Shown here: positions 53,563 through 62,664 of the stretch, piece after piece
Layout: the number at the start of each line of letters is the position of its first letter
Numbering within the stretch: position 1 is the stretch's first letter
Assembly (NCBI GenBank): GCA_963727485.1
Contig: CAVSGM010000011.1
Span: 480,001-544,000, forward strand
DNA: 64,000 bases
DNA from: an uncultured delta proteobacterium
Lineage (GTDB): Bacteria > Myxococcota > Myxococcia > SLRQ01
Reading direction: 5' to 3'
Program-made: the position numbers and the translations under genes
The notes under the pieces: generated by a model
What the model saw: only the letters and a program-made list of their open reading frames with translations
The model's database searches: none
What the model was told of the DNA's origin: nothing

Positions 53563-54651
53563 ATGGCCGACACCGAGCACCAGCAACCAGAAGCCGGCGA
53601 TCCCAGGCCCCGCGTGCTCGTCCTCGAGGCCAACCGGGCGGTCCAGGCGGCCCTCCGCAAGCACCTCGAGGAGGGCGGGTACGAGGTCACCACGGTGGCG
53701 ACCGCCGACGAGGCGGTGGAGGCGGTGGGGACCGTCGATCCCGAGGTCGTCCTCGCCGGGGCCGAGGCCCCCGAGCGCCTGGGCGAGGCCGCCTGCCTCC
53801 GCCTCCGCGCCGAGGTCGCCGGGAACCTCCCGGTGATCCTCCTCTACGCCCCCGGTGACGACGACGCCGAGCACCGGGCGATGACCGCCGGGGCGGACAG
53901 CTACCTGGTGGCCCCGGTCAAGAAGCACGCGGTCCTCGCCGCCGCCCGGGACATGCTGCGCATCCGCGCCCTCCTCGACCAGATCGAGACCCTGGAGCGG
54001 CGCCTGCAGCAGGTCAGCGCCGACGGCGGGCCAGAGGCCGGGGCGGCGACCGGGGGCCCGGCCGCCCAGGACGCCGGGGACGCCACCGGTTCCAAGGACG
54101 CCCAGGACGCCGGGGCGGGGCAGGGCGCCGAGGCCGAGACCGAGCCGGTCTACGACTTCGCCTTCTTCAAGAAGCTCCTCCTCATGGAGATCAAGCGCTC
54201 CCGGCGCTACGCCTACCCCATCAGCCTCGCCCTGGTGGCCTTCGACGCCTTCCCCGAGGTCACCTCCGACCTCGACGCCCGCGCCCGGGGGCGCCTGGTG
54301 GGGTCGCTCCTCGCCACCATCACCAAGGCCATCCGGGACATCGATCTCCCGGTCCTCTACGCCGAGGACAAGGTCCTGGTGTTCATGCCCCACACCCCGC
54401 GCCAGGGCGCCCTCCTGGTGGGCGGCCGGCTCCGGGATCGCATCCGGGGGCACGTCGCCGACCTCGGCGACGAAGAGCGCATCCGGGTGACCGCCAGCAT
54501 CGGTGTCGCGGCCTTCGAGGGCCAGGGCACCGTCTCCTTCGGCAGCCTCATCAAGGACGCCACCGCGGCCCTGCGCCGCGCCCAGCTCGACGGTGGCGAC
54601 CGCGTCGAAGCCGCCGCCCCTGCCCCGAAGAGCCGTGTCTCCATCGGCTGA
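53563..54651 (+). CDS. pseudo-receiver plus degenerate GGDEF domain protein
   Basis: REC-like N-terminus; EIKRSRRY, RDID...YAEDK, VTASIGVA. Confidence 0.85.
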   Translation: MADTEHQQPEAGDPRPRVLVLEANRAVQAALRKHLEEGGYEVTTVATADEAVEAVGTVDPEVVLAGAEAPERLGEAACLRLRAEVAGNLPVILLYAPGDDDAEHRAMTAGADSYLVAPVKKHAVLAAARDMLRIRALLDQIETLERRLQQVSADGGPEAGAATGGPAAQDAGDATGSKDAQDAGAGQGAEAETEPVYDFAFFKKLLLMEIKRSRRYAYPISLALVAFDAFPEVTSDLDARARGRLVGSLLATITKAIRDIDLPVLYAEDKVLVFMPHTPRQGALLVGGRLRDRIRGHVADLGDEERIRVTASIGVAAFEGQGTVSFGSLIKDATAALRRAQLDGGDRVEAAAPAPKSRVSIG

Positions 54652-54670
54652 ACCGAGCGGTCCCGCGAAC

Positions 54671-55339
54671 ATGGCCCAGCAATCCCGGAAGATGGTCACC
54701 GGCTTCAACCACAACATCAAGCACCGGGGCCAGATCTTCCACGTCCAGACCGAGGACTCGGGGACCGACAACCCCCACATCATCACCCACCTGTTCATCG
54801 GCGGGAACATCCTCGCGTCCAAGAAGACCTCGTACGCCGACATCGTCCACGCCGACAACCTCACCGAGGTGGTGCGGGCCCTGATGGAGGAGCAGCACAA
54901 GGAGATGCTGCGCAACCTCATCAACGGGGTCTACGACCAGGTGATCCAGCAGTACCAGACCCGGGCCTGGCAGCCCGGGGTGGTCGACGTGAACCAGCCC
55001 GGGTCCCCGGCCCCCACCGCCCCGGCCCCCGCGCCCGTCGCGCGGCCCGCCGTCGCACCGCCGGCCGCCGCCCCCCCGGCTGCCGCCCCGCCCCCCGCCG
55101 CCGCGCCACCCGCCGCCGCGCCGCCGGCTGCCGCCCCGCCCCCCGCCGCGCCGCCCCAGGCCGGGGCCCCTCCTCCGGCCCAGTCCCTGCCCCCGGAGGT
55201 CGTCGCCGCCCAGAACCTCGAGATCAAGCCCACGCCCAAGGAGGGCGGGGACACCATCTTCGGCGAGGACCTGATCAGCGAGCGCAGCCTCGACGAGGTG
55301 ATCCTCTCGTACCTCGCCGAGGACACCGGCGACACGTGA
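54671..55339 (+). CDS. hypothetical protein with Pro/Ala linker
   Basis: Globular N-domain (GFNHNIKHRGQIFHVQTEDSG), PAAAPP repeats, short C-terminal helix; stop overlaps the ftsE start. Confidence 0.8.
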   Translation: MAQQSRKMVTGFNHNIKHRGQIFHVQTEDSGTDNPHIITHLFIGGNILASKKTSYADIVHADNLTEVVRALMEEQHKEMLRNLINGVYDQVIQQYQTRAWQPGVVDVNQPGSPAPTAPAPAPVARPAVAPPAAAPPAAAPPPAAAPPAAAPPAAAPPPAAPPQAGAPPPAQSLPPEVVAAQNLEIKPTPKEGGDTIFGEDLISERSLDEVILSYLAEDTGDT

Positions 55340-56046
55340 TCAAGCTCTTCCACGTCACCAAGCAGTTCCCGGGCTCGCCGCCCGCCCTGCGTGACGTGAC
55401 CCTGCGCGTGCCCAAGGGGCAGTTCGTGTTCCTCACCGGCCCCTCGGGGGCCGGGAAGACCACGCTCCTGCGAACCATCTTCTGCGCCGAGCGCCCCACC
55501 GAGGGGCAGATCCTGGTCGGCGGCCGGAACACCGCCCGCCTCAACCGCAACTCCATCGCCCACCTCCGCCGGGAGATCGGCGTGGTGTTCCAGGACTTCA
55601 AGCTCATCCCCTCGCGGACCGTGGGCGAGAACGTCGCCTTCGCCCTCGAGGTCGTGGGCAGCTCCCGCAAGGAGATCCTCCGGCGGGTCTACTTCCTCCT
55701 CAAGTCGGTGGGCCTCGAGTCCAAGATGAACGCCAGCCCCAAGACCCTGTCGGGCGGCGAGCAGCAGCGCGTCGCCGTGTGCCGGGCGCTGGCCAACCAC
55801 CCGAGCATCCTCCTGGCCGACGAGCCCACCGGGAACCTCGACGCCGAGCGGGCGGTGGAGATCATGGACCTGCTCCACGAGGCCAACACCAAGGGCACCA
55901 CGGTGGTCGTCGCCACCCACGACATGGACCTGGTCGAGCGCTTCCGGCGCCGGCTCATCCGCCTCGAGGCCGGGCAGATCGTCGAGGACGACGAGGCGCC
56001 CCCCGACGAGGAGGCCGAGGCCGAGGACGGGGGCGAGGCGGCGTGA
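55336..56046 (+). CDS. ftsE: cell division ATP-binding protein FtsE
   Basis: GPSGAGKTT, LRREIGVVFQDFKL, LSGGEQQRV, ADEPTGNLD. Confidence 0.95.
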   Translation: MIKLFHVTKQFPGSPPALRDVTLRVPKGQFVFLTGPSGAGKTTLLRTIFCAERPTEGQILVGGRNTARLNRNSIAHLRREIGVVFQDFKLIPSRTVGENVAFALEVVGSSRKEILRRVYFLLKSVGLESKMNASPKTLSGGEQQRVAVCRALANHPSILLADEPTGNLDAERAVEIMDLLHEANTKGTTVVVATHDMDLVERFRRRLIRLEAGQIVEDDEAPPDEEAEAEDGGEAA

Positions 56047-56939
56047 GGCGCATCGGCTACTTCGTGGCGCGCGCCCTCAAGGGGATGCGCCAGGCTCTCT
56101 TCGTGAACGCGGTGGCGGTGGTCACCATCGCCATCGCCCTGCTGGTGGTCACCGTCTTCGTGGGGGTCGCCGGCCAGGTGCGATCGGTCCTCGAGGCCTG
56201 GGGCCGGGACGTCACCGTCACCGTCTACCTCTCCCACGACGTCACCGCGGCCCAGCGCCAGGCCGTGGCCGCGGCGGCGAAGGGCCTCGCCGGCAAGCAC
56301 GGCCAGGTGGCCCACGTCACCGCCGCGGCGGCCCTCGGGCGCCTGCGCCAGGCCCTGGGGCCCCAGGCGGACGTCCTCGACGGTCTCGCCCACAACCCGC
56401 TCCCCGAGAGCTACGAGATCACCGGCGCCGCGGACCTGGACCGGCCGAAGGTCCTCTCGGCCTTCGCCACCCGGGTGCGCCAGCTCCCCGGGGTCGACGA
56501 CGTGGACTACGGCCAGCAGTGGGTGGGCCGCCTGGAGCGCCTGGTCGATCTCTTCGGCCTGGTGGGCCTGGTCCTCGGGGGCCTCATCCTCCTGGCGGCG
56601 GCGGTGATGGTCTCCAACACCATCAAGCTGGCGGTCTTCTCGCGCCGCGACGAGATCGAGATCATGAAGCTCTGCGGCGCCACCGACGCCTTCGTCCGGG
56701 CGCCGTTCCTCATCGAGGGGCTGCTCCAGGGGGTGCTCGGGGCGCTCCTCGCCGCCGGCATCGCCGCCGGCCTCTGGGCGCTCGCCGTGCCCCGGATGGA
56801 GGCGGCGCTGATGACCGCGTTTGCGGTCCAGGTGCACCCGGTGCTCCCCTGGGCCGACGCCTTGTGGCTGGTCGCCGGGGGCGGCGTCCTCGGCCTCACC
56901 GGCTCCGGGCTCTCCCTGGGCCGCTTCCTCGACGTGTGA
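56043..56939 (+). CDS. ftsX: cell division permease FtsX
   Basis: NPLPES, VSNTIKLAVFSRRDEIEIMKLCGAT..FVRAPF..EG. Confidence 0.95.
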   Translation: MRRIGYFVARALKGMRQALFVNAVAVVTIAIALLVVTVFVGVAGQVRSVLEAWGRDVTVTVYLSHDVTAAQRQAVAAAAKGLAGKHGQVAHVTAAAALGRLRQALGPQADVLDGLAHNPLPESYEITGAADLDRPKVLSAFATRVRQLPGVDDVDYGQQWVGRLERLVDLFGLVGLVLGGLILLAAAVMVSNTIKLAVFSRRDEIEIMKLCGATDAFVRAPFLIEGLLQGVLGALLAAGIAAGLWALAVPRMEAALMTAFAVQVHPVLPWADALWLVAGGGVLGLTGSGLSLGRFLDV

Positions 56940-58036
56940 TGCTGCTGCGCCGCCTCGTCGCCTGCGCTGTGGCCCTCTGCCTCACCGCCCCGGTGGCGGC
57001 GGCCGGGGACCCGGCGCGGGTGAAGGCCGAGCGGGCGCGCCTCGAGGCCCTGGCGGCGAAGAAGGGCGACATCCTCGACGCCCTCGACCAGCTGCGCACC
57101 CAGGAGGACGTGGAGCAGGCCGCCTACCACGCCGCCGAGAAGCAGGTCGACGCCACCTCCGCCCGCCTCACCCAGGTGCGCCGGGACCTGGCCACCACCC
57201 GGGCCCGGCTCAAGGCGCGGCTGAAGGTCCTCGCCCCCCGGCTGGTGGCCCGATACAAGCTGGGGAAGGCCGGCTACCTGCCGCTCCTCTTCTCCGCCGG
57301 GGATCTCCACGAGCTCCTCCGGCGCAAACGCCTCCTCGACCGGGTCATCGACTCGGACCTGGCGGCGATGGCCGAGGTGCGGCGCCTGCGGGCGAAGCTC
57401 TCCGGGGACGCGGCGCGCCTCGAGACCGGCGAGAAGGCCCTCGAGAGCCTCCGGGCCTCGGCGGCGGCGCGCCTCGCCCGGGCCCGGGCCGCCCGCCAGG
57501 ACCGGGAGGCGGCGCTGGCGGCGGTGGAGCACGAGACGGCGCTGCGCCAGCGCACCCTCGCCGCCCTCGAGCGCGCCGCCCACCACCTGCAGAAGGTGGT
57601 CAAGGCCCTGCCGGCGAGCCAGGCCGGGGGCTTCGCCGCCAAGAAGGGCCACCTGCCCCTGCCCGCCGCCGGGGCCATCGAGGTGGGCTTCGGCACCCAG
57701 CACGACAGCCGCTACGACACGGTGGTGGTCCACAAGGGCGTGGACATCCGGGCCCCCAAGGGGGCCCCGGTGCGGGCGGTGGCCGGGGGACGGGTGGTCC
57801 ACGCCGGGTGGCTCCGGGGCTACGGGAACCTCATCATCGTGGACCACGGCGGCGGCTACTACACCCTCATGGCCCACCTCGACCGCATGGACGTGAAGAC
57901 CGGGCAGAAGGTCCACCGGGGCGAGACCCTGGGCCTGGTGGGGGACACGGGCTCGCTGAAGGGCGCCTACCTCTACTTCGAGATCCGAGACGGGGGCCGG
58001 GCGGTCGATCCGGCGCCCTGGTTCTCCCACCGGTAG
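56939..58036 (+). CDS. envC: murein hydrolase activator EnvC family
   Basis: Signal peptide, coiled coil, M23-like domain with LYFEIR in place of HLH. Confidence 0.9.
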   Translation: MLLRRLVACAVALCLTAPVAAAGDPARVKAERARLEALAAKKGDILDALDQLRTQEDVEQAAYHAAEKQVDATSARLTQVRRDLATTRARLKARLKVLAPRLVARYKLGKAGYLPLLFSAGDLHELLRRKRLLDRVIDSDLAAMAEVRRLRAKLSGDAARLETGEKALESLRASAAARLARARAARQDREAALAAVEHETALRQRTLAALERAAHHLQKVVKALPASQAGGFAAKKGHLPLPAAGAIEVGFGTQHDSRYDTVVVHKGVDIRAPKGAPVRAVAGGRVVHAGWLRGYGNLIIVDHGGGYYTLMAHLDRMDVKTGQKVHRGETLGLVGDTGSLKGAYLYFEIRDGGRAVDPAPWFSHR

Positions 58037-58120
58037 GCCCCCGGCCCGGGGGTCCCGCCCGTGCGCCGGAGGCGGGCCGGGTGCTACCATGCCCGGGCCC
58101 ATGACGAACGGAGAGTCCCC

Positions 58121-59422
58121 ATGAAGTCCCGCTCCCGCCGCCTCGCCGTCCTCGCGCTCGCCGCCTTCGCCGGGGGCTACCTCGCCCAGTCGACGGCCAG
58201 CGCCAAGGGCCGGAGCGCCACCTACGACAAGCTGACGATCTTCACCCGGGTGCTGGCCTACGTGGAGAACAACTACGTGGAGAAGGTCGACCCCAGCCGG
58301 CTCATCTACGGGGCCATCAAGGGGATGATGGCCACCCTCGATCCCCACAGCGCCTTCATGACGCCCAAGGAGTACGAGCAGATGAAGGTCGACACCGACG
58401 GGGAGTTCGGGGGCGTGGGCCTCGAGGTCACCCGCAACGGGCACCGGCTGATGGTGGTGGCGCCCATCGACGGGACCCCGGCGGCCCGGGCGGGGCTCAA
58501 GCCCGGCGACATCATCGTCTCCATCGACGGGGTCGACGCCCGGACGCTCGGCCTGCAGCAGGCGGTGGAGCGGCTCCGGGGCAAGCCCGGGAGCAAGGTC
58601 GTCCTCGCCATCCTCCGCGAGGGCTTCTCCGAGCCCCGGGACCTGACCCTGATCCGCCGACACATCGAGGTGGATCCGGTGACCGGGCGGCTGGTCGACG
58701 GCTTCGGCGTGGTCAAGATCAAGAGCTTCCAGGACCGCACCGACCACTACCTGCGCCGCACGCTCCACGACCTGCGGGAGCAGCGCAAGGGGCCGCTCAA
58801 GGGCATCGTCCTCGACCTGCGCAACAACCCCGGCGGGCTCCTCGACCAGGCGGTGGCCGTGGCCGACACCTTCCTCCCCGACGGGATCATCGTCACCACC
58901 CGGGGGCGCACCGCCCAGACCGAGGTCCAGCGCGCCCACCGCGCCGGCACCGAGCCCCTCTACCCCATGGTGGTGCTGGTCAACGGGGGCACCGCCTCGG
59001 CCTCGGAGATCGTCGCCGGCGCCTTGCAGGATCACCAGCGGGCGGTCATCATGGGCAGCCGCACCTTCGGGAAGGGATCGGTCCAGACGGTCATCGACCT
59101 CGCCGACGGCTCGGGCCTGAAGCTCACCATCGCCCGCTACTACACGCCCAGCGGCAGGTCGATCCAGGAGCTGGGCATCAGTCCGGACATCGTGGTCCCC
59201 GCCGCGAAGGTGACGCGGCTCCAGAACGACGTGACGCGGGAGAAGGATCTCGAGGGTCATCTCAAGCACCAGGGCAAGCTGCCCAAGGCGGTTCGGGACC
59301 AGGCCGACGCCATCACCGGCGACTACCAGCTCAAGGCGGCCCTCGACGCCCTGAAGAGCTGGCGCATCTTCCACGCCAGTGCCAGAACCGACACCACCGA
59401 GCGCCGGGCCTCGGCCCGCTGA
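58121..59422 (+). CDS. ctpA: S41 carboxy-terminal processing protease
   Basis: LDPHS, PDZ domain, DLRNNPGG, ASASEIVAGAL, TFGKGSVQ. Confidence 0.93.
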   Translation: MKSRSRRLAVLALAAFAGGYLAQSTASAKGRSATYDKLTIFTRVLAYVENNYVEKVDPSRLIYGAIKGMMATLDPHSAFMTPKEYEQMKVDTDGEFGGVGLEVTRNGHRLMVVAPIDGTPAARAGLKPGDIIVSIDGVDARTLGLQQAVERLRGKPGSKVVLAILREGFSEPRDLTLIRRHIEVDPVTGRLVDGFGVVKIKSFQDRTDHYLRRTLHDLREQRKGPLKGIVLDLRNNPGGLLDQAVAVADTFLPDGIIVTTRGRTAQTEVQRAHRAGTEPLYPMVVLVNGGTASASEIVAGALQDHQRAVIMGSRTFGKGSVQTVIDLADGSGLKLTIARYYTPSGRSIQELGISPDIVVPAAKVTRLQNDVTREKDLEGHLKHQGKLPKAVRDQADAITGDYQLKAALDALKSWRIFHASARTDTTERRASAR

Positions 59423-59468
59423 TCCGGCGGCGGGCCCGCCGGGCGGTGGCGACACGCGAGAGGGAACG

Positions 59469-60941
59469 ATGAATCACTGGGAAGGGCGACGGGGCGGCCT
59501 CGTGGTGGCCGTGATCGCGGCGGTGCTCGGCTTCGGGCCCGCGGCGCACGCTGCCGAGAAGGGGGCCGCGGTGGCGGTGGCGGCGAGCCCGGGGGTGGAG
59601 ACCCGGGCGAGCACCATCTCCTACGTGCTCCAGTCGGTGGTGCGCCAGAGCCCCCGCTTCGACCTCGTCGATCTCGCGGCGCGGGCGGAGGGGGCGGCGG
59701 CGAAGAAGCGCCAGGAGAAGGCCGAGGACGCCGCGGCGTCGTTCACCCAGGCCAAGAAGGCCTACGATCAGCTCGACCTGGCCGGCGCCCTCTCGGGCTT
59801 CGAGCAGGCGGTGAGCGACTACCAGGCGAGCGACCTCACCGTCCACATGCAGGACCTGCTCAAGGCCATGTCCATGCTCGCCGCCACCCGCTACTTCAAC
59901 GGCGACGTCGACGGGGCCCGCAAGGCCCTCGAGGGCCTGCTCTCCCTCAACCCCGACTTCCACTTCGACCCGGCGACCTTCAGCCCGCCCCTCCAGAAGA
60001 TGGCCAAGGACGTGGCCCGGCGGCTCAAGCCCCAGCGCCAGGAGCCCCTGGAGGTCCACAGCCAGCCGGTGTCGGCGCGGATCTACGTCGACGGGCGCTT
60101 CGCGGGCATGGCCCCGCAGGTCCTCAAGGACCTCGCCCCCGGCGAGCACTACGTGAGCGCGGTGGCGCCGGGCTACGCGTTCGTCCAGCGCCAGGTGAAG
60201 GCCGAGCCCGGGGCCCTCGACAAGATCGCCCTGAAGCCCGCCGACGACGGGGGGCCGCTCCTCCGCGATCTGGGCGCCCTCAAGGCGGCGTTCCGCAGCG
60301 GCGACGTGGCTCCGGCCGCCAGGCAGCTCGCCGGGTGGGCGGGCGTCGACGAGATCCTCGTCGCCGCGGTGAGCCGCGCCGGGACCGGGAACCTCGAGGT
60401 CAGCGCCGCCCGGGTCGCCCGGGACGGCCACGTCCTCGCCGTGGGCAAGACCACCCTCCAGCTCGCCGATCCCAAGGCCATGGGCACGCTGGCCCAGTGG
60501 GCCATGGCCCTCTACCGGAAGGACCTGCCGCGCGGCCCCGGCGGCGCCCCGGTGGACACCCGGGTCTCGACCCCGGCGAAGCCCATGGGCCCGCTCTGGG
60601 GCTACGTCAGCGGCGGCACGGGGGTGGCGTTCCTCGCCGCGGGGACCGTCTTCGCCATCCAGGCCAAGGGCAGCGCCGACAAGGCCAAGAAGATCCCCCA
60701 GGTGAACCAGGCCGACATCAAGACCACCGTCGGCGCGGCCCGGACCCAGGCGCTCCTCGCCGACACCTTCCTGGGCCTCGGGGCCGTGGGGGTGGGCGTG
60801 GGCATCTACCTCATCCTCCCCAAGGGCGGCAGCGGCGGCACCGACCAGGGCAGCTCCGACGACGGTGGCGACGACTTCTTCTCCCTGGCACCGATCCCCC
60901 TCCCCGGAGGCGCGGCGGTCATGGCCACCGGGAGGTTCTAG
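59469..60941 (+). CDS. PEGA-domain exported protein
   Basis: Signal peptide (AAHA), TPR-like helices, SQPVSARIYVDG...LAPGEHYV, hydrophobic C-terminus ending GRF. Confidence 0.8.
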   Translation: MNHWEGRRGGLVVAVIAAVLGFGPAAHAAEKGAAVAVAASPGVETRASTISYVLQSVVRQSPRFDLVDLAARAEGAAAKKRQEKAEDAAASFTQAKKAYDQLDLAGALSGFEQAVSDYQASDLTVHMQDLLKAMSMLAATRYFNGDVDGARKALEGLLSLNPDFHFDPATFSPPLQKMAKDVARRLKPQRQEPLEVHSQPVSARIYVDGRFAGMAPQVLKDLAPGEHYVSAVAPGYAFVQRQVKAEPGALDKIALKPADDGGPLLRDLGALKAAFRSGDVAPAARQLAGWAGVDEILVAAVSRAGTGNLEVSAARVARDGHVLAVGKTTLQLADPKAMGTLAQWAMALYRKDLPRGPGGAPVDTRVSTPAKPMGPLWGYVSGGTGVAFLAAGTVFAIQAKGSADKAKKIPQVNQADIKTTVGAARTQALLADTFLGLGAVGVGVGIYLILPKGGSGGTDQGSSDDGGDDFFSLAPIPLPGGAAVMATGRF

Positions 60942-62082
60942 GTGGCGGCCGGGGGCCGAGCGGGAGGGGGACGCCTCCGGGTGTTCCTGGGGGTCACCGC
61001 GGTGCTGGTGGCGACCCTCGGGGGCTGCTCGCTGCTCCTGGATCTCGACCCGATGAACGGGCACCCCTGCGACGACGCCGGGACCTGCCTGCCCGGGTGG
61101 ACCTGCAACGGCCACGACGTCTGCGTCCCCGCCCCCGGGGTCAGCGCCGACGCGGGGGCCTGCCCCACTGGCCAGGTCCGCGATCCCGACGCAGGCACCT
61201 GCGGGTTCGACTGCGGGAGCCTGGCGTGCCCGGCCGGGGACACCTGCGACCCGCTCCAGGGGTGCATCACCGCCACCAGCGGCCTGGGCACGGTCTGCAC
61301 CTCCGACAGCCAGTGCGCCTCCGCCAGCCCGGCCTGCACCGCCGGCACCGCAAGCTGCCGCTGCCTCGCCGCCAGCACCCAGACCGCCATCTGCGTGGCG
61401 GTGCCCAACGATCCCACCGACTGCACCCCCTGCGCCGGCGCCGCCTGCGTGAAGCCCAGGCTGCCGCCGACCGGGACCGCGGGCGGCGCCCCGGTGCCCC
61501 AGGCGATTCTGCGTGCCCCCGGGCTTCCAGCTCTGCGCCGGTGCCGGCGACTGCGTGAACGGCGTCCAGCCGGTCACCTGCGGCCTGGCGTTCTTCTTCG
61601 ACACCAGCGGCAGCACGCCGCCGCCGGCCGGCCACTTCGCCGCGTGCACCGCCCCGGTGTCGGCGAGCGGGGTGGTCCTGGGCCAGCCGTGCCAGGGGGC
61701 CGGCGACTGCGCCACCGGGCTCTGCCTCCCGGCGGGTCAGGGCCAGCGGCGCTGCAGCGCCCCCTGCGGCGCCGATGGCGACTGCGACACGGGCATGGCC
61801 ACCTGCGTGCGGGCCTGGGTGAAGCTGACCGATCCCCACGGCGGCGTGGTGAGCGCCACCGACCCGGTCTGCGGGGTCGGGGGGACCCTCGGCACCGCCT
61901 GCGATCCCACCGCCCAGGCGAACACCTGGCCCTGCGCCACCGACGCCCCCCTCTGCGTCACCGACACGCGCACCTCGGCGGCGGTGTGCACCCGCAGCTG
62001 CGCCGCCGACACCGACTGCTCCTCGAGCACCGCCTGTGTGGCCCCGGCGAACGGCTCGGCCCTGGCGTGTCTCTCGCCCTGA
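60942..62082 (+). CDS. Cys-rich lipoprotein, +1 frameshift at about 61507
   Basis: LGGC lipobox; Cys modules continue in the 61513..62082 frame. Confidence 0.75.
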
Positions 62083-62235
62083 CGCAGCGCGGCTGTCGTT
62101 TTTCGTTGACCAGCGGGGCGGGTTCTGGAACCCTCCCGTCGCCTGCCGATAGGCGGCAGGTGCTGTTCGCAGAAGCCACCCGGTCCGGGGTTCTCCGACG
62201 GGTGGCGATCGCTAGATAGTCAAAGGAGTAGTTGT

Positions 62236-62445
62236 ATGGCGACGGGTAAGGTGAAGTGGTTCAACGACGCCAAGGGGTTCGGCTTCATTCAGCCTGATGA
62301 TGGGGGGGAAGACATCTTTGTCCACTTCTCCGTGATCGACATGGATGGGTTCAAGAGCCTGTCCGAGGGCCAGGAGGTCCAGTTCGAGGTGACCCGCGGT
62401 CCCAAGGGTCTCCAGGCTGCCTCCGTGACCCGCGTGGGCGGGTAG
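62236..62445 (+). CDS. cold-shock protein (CspA family)
   Basis: [29 protein letters not shown]. Confidence 0.97.
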   Translation: MATGKVKWFNDAKGFGFIQPDDGGEDIFVHFSVIDMDGFKSLSEGQEVQFEVTRGPKGLQAASVTRVGG

Positions 62446-62474
62446 CGCGACCGTACAGGTCTGCGCACCATGAG

Positions 62475-62507
62475 AGGGCGCGTTCCCCAGGTGGGAGCGC
62501 GCCCTTT
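62475..62507 (+). terminator. intrinsic terminator-like hairpin after the csp gene
   Basis: AGGGCGCGTTCCC-caggt-GGGAGCGCGCCCT followed by TT. Confidence 0.65.
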
Positions 62508-62664
62508 GCATTCCGTCCGGCGGCTCGGGCCCGTCTCGACCGCCCGCGGCCGGGCGCCCGATTGACCCCTTGGTGGCCCCAGGGCTAGCCTGGATGACGC
62601 TCGGGCCCGATCCGGCGGTACACGCTGGCGGGCCCGCGTGTCCGTCGGCCCCCGGAGGTCCCCC

